NCBI GenBank assembly: GCA_002269645.1
Contig: NIVC01001239.1
Coordinates: forward strand, 62,001-126,000
Direction of reading: 5' to 3'
From: Macrostomum lignano
Lineage: Eukaryota
DNA: 64,000 nt
Of the stretch, positions 15,550 to 26,538 are shown piece after piece. Every line of letters starts with the position of its first letter. The first letter of the stretch is position 1. The notes under the pieces were generated by a model. It worked only from the letters and a program-made list of their open reading frames with translations. It was not told the DNA's origin and did not search any database. Position numbers and translations under genes: made by a program.

Positions 15550-15635
15550 ACGGGCAAGCAAAAGATCAACAGCAGCAGCAGCAGAAGCAAAATCAACTGC
15601 AAGTTCCTGGTGCCTCTCAAACAAATGTGAATCAA
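15550..15635 (+). CDS. ank: Ankyrin linker exon, Gln-rich (DGQAKDQQQQQQKQNQLQVPGASQTNVNQ), phase 1-0
   Basis: ttaaag| acceptor, CAA|gtaagt donor. Supplies the phase 1-to-0 change needed to reach the ZU5 exon. Confidence 0.75.
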
Positions 15636-15654
15636 GTAAGTTATGACACCCTGA

Positions 15655-16160
15655 CTTACCCTCTCTCCCTTACCCTCTCTCCCTTACCCTCTCTCTCCCT
15701 TACCCTCTCTCTCCCTTACCCTCTCTCTCCCTTACCCTCTCTCTCCCTTACCCTCTCTCTCCCTTACCCTCTCTCCCTTACCCTCTCTCCCTTACCCTCT
15801 CTCCCTTACCCTCTCTCCCTTACCCTCTCTCCCTTACCCTCTCTCCCTTGCCCTCTCTTCCTTACCCTCTCTTCTTTAAACTCTTTCCCTTACCCTCTCT
15901 TCCTTACCCTCTCTTCCTTACCCTCTCTTCCTTACCCTCTCTTCCTTACCCTCTCTTCCTTACCCTCTCTTCCTTACCCTCTCTTCCTTACCCTCTCTTC
16001 CTTACCCTCTCTTCCTTAAACTCTTTCCCTTACCCTCTCTCCCTTACCCTTTATCCCTTACCCTCTCTCCCTTACCCTCTCTCCCTTAGACTATTTCCCT
16101 TACCCTCTCTTCCTTAACCTCTCTTCCTTACCCTCTCTCTCTTACCCTCTCTCCTGTACC
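15655..16160. repeat. Polypyrimidine 14-16 bp minisatellite (CCCTTACCCTCTCT)
   Basis: Direct reading. Confidence 0.95.
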
Positions 16161-16584
16161 CTCTATTATTTTAGCACAATCGAGGTTGAATATGCTTCGA
16201 CAGACTCAAACACAGAATCCAATAGAATGCCGATACTGTTGACAGCGGCTTTTCAGCTGCAATCAAAGATTAGTAAAAAAAATAGCCAACCCTACTCAGA
16301 TATGCAGAAAAGAGAAGCCTTGATGTTATACGAGCGTAAGGTTTTAGTATCGTTTCATACGAATGCTCCCCATTTTCATGACCATACTCGGTGCCACGCC
16401 CTGTAGGGAATCCATCTATTTCAGTTTTTCTTAGAACTATCAGATAATAATTCGATGACTTATTAATATTTTTTCTATACAACTAATTTGTTTGAAGCTA
16501 ACCTACAGGGTAATTAACAAATAAATTTTATCTCACACCTGTATCTCCCCTGTCTCTCTGACTCTCTGTTTCAAATCAAAACAG

Positions 16585-16736
16585 GCTGCAGTGCCGGAAC
16601 CCGAGTGGCAGAAGCAGTCAGCGGCTACGGCGGCTGCTTCAGTTCCCGTGCCAAATATTCAGCAGCTGGAGCCGAAACTATTGCTGCTTCAGCAGCAGCA
16701 GGAGACGCCAAGCGACCAGATGCCTGTGCTGACCAG
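16585..16736 (+). CDS. ank: Ankyrin linker exon (AAVPEPEWQKQ...DQMPVLT), phase 0-2
   Basis: aaacag| acceptor, ACCAG|gtgagt donor. AG+C gives Ser, producing PVLTS-FLVSFIVDARGG, comparable to canonical SG-FLVSF. Confidence 0.8.
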
Positions 16737-16760
16737 GTGAGTTTATGAGTAGAAAGATAA

Positions 16761-17224
<464 letters not shown>

Positions 17225-17629
17225 TAGCAAATTCATAGATAGATGGTGCAGAAGGCATTTCAATTTGCTGCTGCATTTAAGCTAGGCAACTGAGAACAAT
17301 AGGGTGCAGCAGGCAGTAGAGACATTGCAGTCTGCACCTACGGTACTTGTCACGCGCTTAATTCCCACGAAAATCCTTCAGTGTGGAGAGAGACAGGTAA
17401 CTGGGTCGGAAGGGTGTGGAGATAGAGGGGGGGGAGTTTTTGAGCCGAGGCCCCGGACCATGACAAATTTAGCTGCGTACTGAGCTACAGAGAAAGTATA
17501 TCTGCGGAGTTGTTGACGGAGAATCAGACATGGGGAGCTGCTTGGTACGGTGGCAAATCCAACAAGGATTTGCATAATTCAACAACAACGAGGCGTCCTT
17601 AGCGCGCGCAAAATAACTCTTCACTAAGA

Positions 17630-17706
17630 CTGACAGACACGTGGACAGGCAGACAGACAGACAGACACAGACAGACAGACAGACACAGACAGACAGACAG
17701 ACAGGC

Positions 17707-17759
<53 letters not shown>

Positions 17760-18660
17760 CCAAGACAGACAGACACTAAGACAGACAGACAGACAGACAG
17801 ACACACAGACAGACAGACAGATGGACACTAAGACAGATAGACAGACAGACAGACACAAGACAGGCAGACAGACAGACAGACAGACAGACACAAGACAGGC
17901 AGACAGACAGACACCAAGACAGACAGACACAAAGACATACAGACACAAGACAGACAGACACCAAGACAGGCAGACACCAAGACATACAGACACAAGACAG
18001 ACAGACACAAGACAGACAGACAGACAGACACCAAGACAGACAGACACTAAGACATACAAACACCAAGACAGGCAGACACCAAGACAGGCAGACACCAAGA
18101 CATACAGACACAAGACAGACAGACACAAGACAGACAGACACCAAGACAGGCAGACACCAAGACATACAGACACAAGACAGACAGACACAAGACAGACAGA
18201 CAGACACTAAAACAGACAGACACAAGACAGACAGACAGACAGACACCAAGACAGACAGACACTAAGACATACAGACACAAGACAGTCAGACACAAGACAG
18301 GCAGACACCAAGACATACAGACACAAGACATACAGACACAAGACAGGCAGACACCAAGACATACAGACACAAGACAGACAGACACAAGACAGACAGACAG
18401 ACACTAAGACAGACAGACACAAGAGAGACAGACAGACAGACACCAAGACAGACAGACACTAAGACATACAGACACAAGACAGACAGACACCAAGACAGGC
18501 AGACACCAAGTCATACAGACACAAGAGAGACAGACACAAGACAGACAGACAGACACTAAGACATACAGACACAAGACAGACAGACACAAGACAGACAGAC
18601 ACAAGACGGGCAGACAGACAGAGAGACACTAAGACAGACACTAAGACAGACCGACACAGA
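17630..18660. repeat. Degenerate GACA-derived array with higher-order units (ACAAGAC, CACCAAGAC, CACTAAGAC)
   Basis: Direct reading. Confidence 0.92.
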
Positions 18661-19405
18661 CAAACAAAAACACCGCAGGCCTACTGCAGCATAGCAACAG
18701 ACAGACAGGCACAGACAAGAGTGCACTGACTGTCTCATACCAGACAGCCCCACACGCCCATCACAATTGGACACCGCGCAGCCATGGGACGGGGCGGAGT
18801 CGCAAAAAAGCTGCACAAGGGGATTCAGCCAAAGCCTGACTGAGGGAGGGCTGCAGGACCCACCCCGCACTCCCCTCTGTCTCTGCGTGGCCCGCGTGTG
18901 GTAAAAAAAGAAGCGAAAGCAGATTTGTTCCAGTGTTCAGAAACTGCTATTTCTCACCACACAGCTGCTGTAGCTCAGGCCATACCCGAGGCCCGCTATT
19001 AAGCCCGCTAGACAAGAGGCTATTAATCACTGGCGAGAGGCTTCCATCCTCGACAGTCGTTTGATCGAGACCTACATTTGTATATCCTATAGTCAGTTAG
19101 CTTTCACTTGAAGTCGCAGTTTGCTCTGCAGATATTGCTTGTTTTCTTGTTGCAATCTATTCTCTCGCTACCCTCTCTGCCTCTTCCAAAAAAATATCAT
19201 GCGCAATACAGCCCAGTCATAATTCTACATAAGTTTTTTGTTGCTAGCAATAGTGTCAACTTGCAGAAATGAGCTATTCCTTCTAGTTTTAGCCTCCAAA
19301 GCTCATATATAAGTAACAACATCTTATATTAGTCAGAACATTTCATCTGCTTGTGCTTGAGAAGCTGAAGGCATAAAAAACTTAGAGATTAATTATCGAT
19401 TCAAC

Positions 19406-19536
19406 ATGACTGTGTCTGCTTCTGCAAGTTCCACGAGTTCTGGGCTTTGCGCTCAGCAGCAGCAACAGCAGCAACAGCAGCAACCTGCACTTGCTGCAGA
19501 GCATCGTGAGCATGCTCAACAGAAAAATACAGCTGT
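19406..19536 (+). CDS. ank: Putative alternative (first or cassette) ankyrin exon, MTVSASASSTSSGLCA-Q10-PALAAEHREHAQQKNTA(V)
   Basis: tcaacATG, 43 codons +2 nt, |gtgagt donor in phase 2 matching the ZU5 exon acceptor; in-frame TGA upstream at 19358-19360. Confidence 0.55.
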
Positions 19537-19555
19537 GTGAGTTTATTGGTATTTG

Positions 19556-20690
19556 GCTCTGTTCACTCTCCTCCCATCTCTGCTCTTTTCACTCTCCTCC
19601 CGTCTCTGCTCTTTTCACTCTCCTCCCCGTCTCTTCTCTTTTCACTCTCCTCCCCGTCTCTTCTCTTTTCACTCTCCTCCCGTCTCTGCTCTTTTCACTC
19701 TCCTCCCGTCACTGCTCTTTTCACTCTCCTCCCCGTCTCTTCTCTTTTCACTCTCCTCCCGTCTCTGCTCTTTTCACTCTCCTCCCCGTCTCTGCTCTTT
19801 TCACTCTCCTCCCGTCACTGCTCTTTTCACTCTCCTCCCCGTCTCTGCTCTTTTCACTCTCCTCCCCGTCTCTGCTCTTTTCACTCTCCTCCCCGTCTCT
19901 GCTCTGTTCACTCTCCTCCCGTCTCTGCTCCGTTCACTCTCCTCCCGTCTCTGCTCTGTTCACTCTCCTCCCCGTCTCTGCTCTTTTCACTCTCCTCCCG
20001 TCTCTGCTCTTTTCACTCTCCTCCCCGTCTCTGCTCTTTTCACTCTCCTCCCCGTCTCTGCTCTTTTCACTCTCCTCCCGTCTCTGCTCTTTTCACTCTC
20101 CTCCCCGTCTCTGCTCTTTTCACTCTCCTCCCGTCTCTGCTCTTTTCACTCTCCTCCCGTCTCTGCTCTTTTCACTCTCCTCCCCGTCTCTGCTCTTTTC
20201 ACTCTTCTTCCGTCTCTGCTCTTTTCACTCTCCTCCCGTCTCTGCTCTTTTCACTCTCCTCCCAGTCTCTGCTCTTTTCACTCTCCTCCCCGTCTCTTCT
20301 CTTTTCACTCTTCTTCCGTCTCTTCTCTTTTCACTCTCCTCCCGTCTCTGCTCTTTTCACTCTCCTCCCGTCTCTGCTCTGTTCACTCTCCTCCCGTCTC
20401 TGCTCTTTTCACTCTCCTCCCGTCTCTGCTCTTTTCACTCTCATCCCCGTCTCTTCTCTTTTCACTCTCCTCCCCGTCTCTTCTCTTTTCACTCTCCTCC
20501 CGTCACTGCTTTTTTCACTCTCCTCCCCGTTTCTGCTCTTTTCACTCTCCTCCCGTCTCTGCTCTTTTCACTCTCCTCCCGTCTCTGCTCTGTTCACTCT
20601 CCTGCCTCATGTCTGTTCTGTTCACTCTCCTGCCTCATCTCTGTTCTGTTCACTCTCTTTTAGTCACTCTGTTCACTCTCTCTTTTCTAA
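19556..20690. repeat. 26-27 bp polypyrimidine minisatellite (CTCTGCTCTTTTCACTCTCCTCCCGT)
   Basis: Direct reading; source of three about 400-aa artefact ORFs. Confidence 0.96.
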
Positions 20691-21665
20691 TCACTCTATC
20701 ACCCACTTTTCTCCTGTGTACTTTAGTTTTACTCCTGTTTCTACCTCCCCCGATTCCATTGCTTAACCAAACTGTTCGCTAGCACAGCTCCCAAGAAATC
20801 TTCTCCATTTACCGTCTGTCTTTATCAGTCAGCTTTTCTCTCTCGGCCTCGCGTCGGACTTGGGCCCAGCCAGAGCCCCAGGCCAGACATAAAGCTGATT
20901 AATTTATGACGCAAGGAGCCTCTGGTGCAGACAGATCTATATCTAAGGAACTGTCTGCTACAGTGCGTAAATAAAAGAACTGAAAGCACTGGGATTCTGT
21001 CCGAAGACAAAGCACTGGGATTAAAGAGGCTGCTAACATGTTTTGACCTTAATAATGCAGAAACACATGCAGCACAAAGTCTTACCAAATTATGATGAAG
21101 ATTTACGACTGCACAGACTGACGTTGATGCCACCGGCTTCTACGAGCTAGCAGTCCAGTTTTCCTCTCAACTAATTACATAGACAAGAAACTGTACCTCC
21201 TGTATAACGCAACTGATGGAATTCGATAGTCTTTTTAGTTTAGGTCTCAACTTCGACTTCTAATTAGGATAAAAAGTTTTGGGTGTTTTTGTTTGACTGA
21301 TCGTAAAGAAAGCATCTTTTTGTGTCGGGGATCATTCCGGAAATTATCATTCAAGATGACGGCTTTCGTTTAAATAGAAATCTTTTGATATTTGAACAAA
21401 CTGTAGGAATATGCTCTACTCTACTAATAGTAAGCTTTTCGCAGAGTGTAATGATTTTGATGTGTGGAGAAATGTCCGGATTTCGGTATGAAAGATATTA
21501 GTACTCAATGTATAGAGGAGCGTGCTCAAGCTAACGACCTCAATCTATGGACAAAGAGTGTAACAAAAAAGTCTAACAATAGTTTAACAGTCTGAAATAG
21601 TCTAACAATAATAGTCTAACAACAGCTGGAAATAGTCTAACAAACATCACTGCTCATCGCCACAG

Positions 21666-22722
21666 CTTCCTCGTGTCCTTCATCGTGGACGCGCGCGGCG
21701 GCGCCATGACTGGAGCGCGCTGCCCCGGCCTGCGCGTCGTGGTGCCGCCGAAAGCCGCTGGCGAGCCGCTGCGCCTCACCTGCCGCCTGCTACGGCCCGA
21801 CCGCCTGACCAGCCCGCCGCAGCTCTGCGACGGCGAGGGCCTCGCCAGCCGCATCCTCGAGCTCGGCGGAGGCGGTGTCGACGGCACGTTCCGATCGCCG
21901 ATTGTGCTGGAGGTGCCGCACATTGCCGCGCTGAGAAACGGTGAACGCGAGGTTGTGGTCTACCGCTCGGAGACTGGCGACGTCTGGAAGGAGCACCCAA
22001 CGGAAGCTGGCGGCCAGGACTCTGCTGCGGTGCTGGACGCACTCAGTGGCCTTCCTGGACCTTTGGAGACGTCCGAAGAGCTGCGAGAGAAGCGAATAAT
22101 CAGAATCCTGACCACTAGCATGCCTCAGTACTTCGCCTTGGTGACTCGACCTCGCCAAGAGACGGCTCTGATCGGTCCCGAAGGCGGCGCCATCACCTCC
22201 ACTGGTGTCAGCCGTCAGGTGCAGGCCATATTTCCAGACGGCGCATTGACTAAAAAGATTCGCGTCGCAATCCAGGTGATGCCGATTCCATTGGAGACAG
22301 CCGCACAGCTTGCCCAGGTGGTGTCAGCTTCGCCTATTGTCACCATCGAGCCGAGGCGTCGAAAGTTTCACAAGCTGATCACGCTGACGATCCCGGTGCC
22401 ACCGAGACCGTCAGGCCAGACCGATAATTGGACGCTGCGCCTCATGTGCAGCATCACTGGCGGAGCTCAGGTAGCCGCCTGGGAAGACATCACGGGTTCG
22501 ACGCCGTTGTCCCGAGTCAAGGAGTGCGTGTCTTTCACTACAACAGTCAGCGCCAGGTTCTGGCTGTTGGACTGTCCAAACGGCACGGATGCAGTCTCGC
22601 TGGCGACTAGAATTTACCGAGATTGCCTGCCGGTGCCCTACATCGGACGATTTGTTGTCTACGCTAAACGAAATCGACCGGACGGTGCAATGTTGCGTTG
22701 CCTTTGCGTCACTGACGATAAG
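21666..22722 (+). CDS. ank: Ankyrin spectrin-binding region exon: ZU5-ZU5 and start of UPA, phase 2-0
   Basis: ccacag|C TTC...AAG|gttagt; FLVSFIVDARGG, GEGLASRILE, SPIVTIEPRRRKFHK, SITGG, SFTTTVSARFWL, LRCLCVTDDK. Confidence 0.98.
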
Positions 22723-23106
22723 GTTAGTTTCGGGGAAATTACTCAGTAATAGAGAAATTTAATATGAAACTCTATGAAACTCGATCCTTTGATTTGTGCA
22801 AAAAGGGTTGCACAATCGAACATCGAATGCATGTGTCCTAGCTCAGCGGTTAGGAACATCCAACGAAGATTAATGACTCAGAAACCGTAAAGGCCAGAGT
22901 TGATTGCTGACAGGCGTTATCAGATTAAAATTAAGTTTCGTGGGGAATGCCATCGTACTAAAGTATTTTAAGTGCATGCTCCCAAATAAGGGGTTGTGTA
23001 CAATTACGAATTATCCCGATCAAAGCGACTTCCCTTGAACCATTGTCTTCATCGATTCCCATTGAATCCATAAGCAAGCAAAGCAATTTTCTTACTCCAC
23101 CTTCAG

Positions 23107-24091
23107 CTGGATAAAACCCTGGAATGCGCGGAAGGCTACGAACGCAAAGCAGAATCTGCCGAATTTGAGGTACTCGACGGTCGAAAACGCTGGGTGACGG
23201 ATGCGCCAGGAAATCTGACAGTCATTGCTGACCACGAAGCAACACTGGAGAAGCAACAGCAGTCGGAGCAGCAGCAGCGTCAATCGCTAACAATGACAGT
23301 CCGGCCGTTCCGCGAGAACCGCCTGTCCTGCCAGGTCCGCGTAAGTCAGCCCGACCGACCGGCCGTTGGACGACTCGTCCTGGAGCCGGCATCGGGCAGC
23401 GCCTGCAGTGTCGAGTTGGCACTGCCCGAATACGATGGGCCGCCGATGCCGACGCCGCCGCAGTCAGACCGGCAGCAGCCCCAGAGACTCTCCGATCCGT
23501 CGTCGAGAGAAACTACGCCGGAACCGTTGCGTCTCACCAGCGACACCATCGCTCGAGCTGAGCTGGACATTCGCGACGTGGCGGAGAAGCTGCGCTCAGA
23601 CTGGTCTCTGGCAGCTCAAGAGCTCGGCCTGACCGACTCGGACATCGCTGAAATAGCTGCTAATCGGCCAGATGATCGAGAGCGCGCCATGTCGATGCTG
23701 CGTCGATGGCGCCGAATCAAAGAGCCCAGTGGTGAGGCAACCGGCAACGCGCTCGAGGCCGCTCTGCGACGCATTGGACGAGATGACGTAGTGAAGCAGT
23801 GCATGCGCAACGTGCAGTACGTTACAGAGCCAAAGGAGCACGAGCAGGCGCGAGCGCTGCTCGACGGTAAAGACGATTCAAAAACGGCTGTCGAGGTGCA
23901 CGAGGCCGACGTGGTGCCTCAGCTGGACGAGACACGGCCGAAACCAAAGTCGGCGCCGACCGCCGAGGAAGCGGAGGCAGCTCGTCGCGTGAAGATCGAC
24001 GCCTACGTTGGACTGCTTGAGTCGCTGGACCAGATGCTCCCAGATCCGGAGTCCTTGATTAACTCACATGATCGGGACTGGAAGGACGCAG
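23107..24091 (+). CDS. ank: Ankyrin exon: rest of UPA plus death domain (about 23550-23805), phase 0-1
   Basis: cttcag|CTG GAT AAA ACC (LDKTLE, canonical VDKTLE), PFRENRL, death-domain DWSLAAQELGL...ML..W...LEAALRRIGRDDVV; GCAG|gtgagt donor. Confidence 0.96.
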
Positions 24092-24468
24092 GTGAGTGCT
24101 TGAGTGAGTGCTTGACGAGGCTCTTTTCTGTTGAAAAACTCTATCGGGCAGTGAAACTAGGGGGTAAAGTAGGTTAGCGGTAACTCGCCTGACTCAATTA
24201 CATCAGAAGTTTCGATCTCGTGCACGGCCACATCAAACTTGCTCGCCGTATAATTCAAACCCGCGAGATTCTCGTCGCAACTGTGACGTGAATGATGCTA
24301 TTAGCAACACAAGGCCCTGGCTTAGGCTGGTGAGGAGAGTGGTAAAAGGGGAACTTTAAAATATTGTTGAATGTACATTTCTGACGATAGGAAATTAAGC
24401 GGTACTGCACACCCTGCATGGGCGTACCTGGTTGCGACGCTAAAACCCATTTGCCTTGAAAACCACAG

Positions 24469-24621
24469 AGCCTATCGAAGAGGAAGCGATCTCGGCCAAA
24501 GCCCGAAAACAGGTGGAATCGGGGGAAGCAAGCAGTCCGACTCAGGTGGAAGAGCTGCTGTCAAAATTAGACTCGCTACCGGATCAATCCATGGCTCCGG
24601 AGGCTGAGCCGCCAGAAGATG
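24469..24621 (+). CDS. ank: Ankyrin tail exon, 153 nt, phase 1-1 (EPIEEEAISAK...EAEPPED)
   Basis: ccacag| and G|gtaaat; open acidic frame. Confidence 0.75.
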
Positions 24622-24730
24622 GTAAATAAAATTTGCGCTTCAATAAATGATATTGCATGCTGGTACGGGCTATGCCACCTAGGAACTTGGGTCAAGGATA
24701 AACGCGATTCAATTCTTTCCCGTATTTTAG

Positions 24731-24796
24731 TGGTCGAAGTTCCGAAATCAGTGGCGGTCAGTCATACTGCCCTACCTGCAGCAGTGCCAAAGTCAG
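24731..24796 (+). CDS. ank: Ankyrin tail exon, 66 nt, phase 1-1 (VVEVPKSVAVSHTALPAAVPKS)
   Basis: attttag| and CAG|gtaagt. Confidence 0.7.
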
Positions 24797-25259
24797 GTAA
24801 GTCTAATCAAGCATAATTCTTTTACGCTGAAATTTTTCCTTATATTTGACGATACTCGCGCACCTTAATTTACGTTGTGTAGCAACAACAACTGACAAGT
24901 TTTCCTAAGCACTTTTACTGTTTTATTGTTGTTTCATAGAGACAAAAGTAATGACTGATTATTCTGAGTGCCTGACTCGCCTGGCTTTAGTTTATGCTCG
25001 AATAATCATATTTTCGTAATTTTGAAAGCACAAAACGTCGCAGCCTAAACCAGAGGTGCGAAGCGAATAATTTTACTTAGCTAGCACTCTACAATTAACT
25101 GTTGTCAGCAGCACCTCCTCGCACTGCAGTTATTTTGTACTATGTGAGCACGAACTATCTTATGGTGAGTAGGCCTATTCTTGTTAAAAACGTAATATAT
25201 TAAATACCAGATGGTTGCCATGGATCAACGATTTTTTAACTCAAATTTTTTCATTGCAG

Positions 25260-25334
25260 ATAAGCTTTTTCGAGATGCATCGTTTGAGCAACAGGCATTG
25301 GAAATTGAAGACGATGTTGCAAGCGCCTGCGGAG
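25260..25334 (+). CDS. ank: Ankyrin tail exon, 75 nt, phase 1-1 (DKLFRDASFEQQALEIEDDVASACG)
   Basis: ttttttcattgcag| and GAG|gtagga. Confidence 0.75.
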
Positions 25335-25468
25335 GTAGGACTCAGGCAGTTAGGGCTCTGCTAGACTTCGTGCGCCTGCCTGTGTGTCTGATACTTTTAA
25401 GAAAAAATGTTTTAGAAACAATAGAAACGTTAATGTTCATTTTTTATAGTGGAGAATTATTTTTCTAG

Positions 25469-26002
25469 GCCAGACTAGCTCAAATATTGAGCTGAGGCAA
25501 AAGCAGCCGCAGCAGCCGCAGCAGTGGGACTCGGGTAGTTGGACAACACCAGACTCTGAGCGACATCACAAGAAGCAGCTGTCGCACTCGTCCACGCCTG
25601 GAATCGACACCTCCTCCTTGGAGGCGTCAACAATGTCCGACATCTCGTCGTCTTACACGCCGGATCTGACCGAAGTAACAGCCATAGCCGGTCACCACGG
25701 CACAGTTGGCAGCTTGGACAGGTACCGCCGCTCTCTCGTGTCCGAGTCCGGCCCAGAGGATGCCACCCTGACCACCACGGACACAACTACTAGCTTTGAC
25801 TCACTGGGCGATCATTCCACCGCTGGCGCAGCGGCCAGTGCAAGGAGAACCGTGTCCAGCGCCTCCCAGTTCATTGAAGACGACATCGAAAGTTATCCGC
25901 TGTACAGTTCCGACACTGAAAGGCAGCGAAGGCGGCTGCAACAGAGGCTGTCGTTGCGGATGCAGCGGCGCAGAGGAAACGATGGATCAGGAGAAGGAGG
26001 AG
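25469..26002 (+). CDS. ank: Ankyrin tail exon, 534 nt, phase 1-1; read-through of the donor ends at TAG 26005-26007
   Basis: tttttctag| acceptor; open Ser/Thr-rich frame (ORF 25618-26007 is its 3' part); GAG|gttagc donor; AATAAA at 26059-26064. Confidence 0.8.
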
Positions 26003-26538
26003 GTTAGCTGCCAATTACTGCCTGTGTTCTGCGGCTGCTGCTGCTGCCGCTGCTCCACAATAAAAAAGCTAACGAATGAGCTTTGCCGCTTATTTGCCGT
26101 TCTGCAACCATTCCGCTAAGTCTAAGATAAAGCATTTCTATGGAAACGCATGCGTGTAGGGCACTAAAATACGCTCCGAAATTGTTCAAAATTTATAAGT
26201 GTGTAACATGGCTGCACTATTTGTCTTGGCTTCCTGTTTAAGAATCCTAGCTATTAAAAATACCTAAAAACCTTTTCTTAGGAAAACGTATATTTGCACG
26301 AACAATATTTAACGGTGGAAGTCGCATTTTTTAAATAATAAAGTAGAACTGGCCACATTTACATGCCAGCGCATTAATGTATTCGAAATCTGACATTCAA
26401 ATATTACAACCTTCTCGCATTCCGCCCCCACTCCATCCTGCCCATTCCATCTCTATCGACACGCACCAACTCCATTACCAAAAATCAACCCTCTCGAACC
26501 AATCTCCGAAAACGCCTCGGTGAACATTCAATCTGCAG

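Noticed and set aside
15655-16160. CCCTTA-containing array resembling a telomeric repeat
   Set aside because: Unit is CCCTTACCCTCTCT, not (CCCTAA)n.
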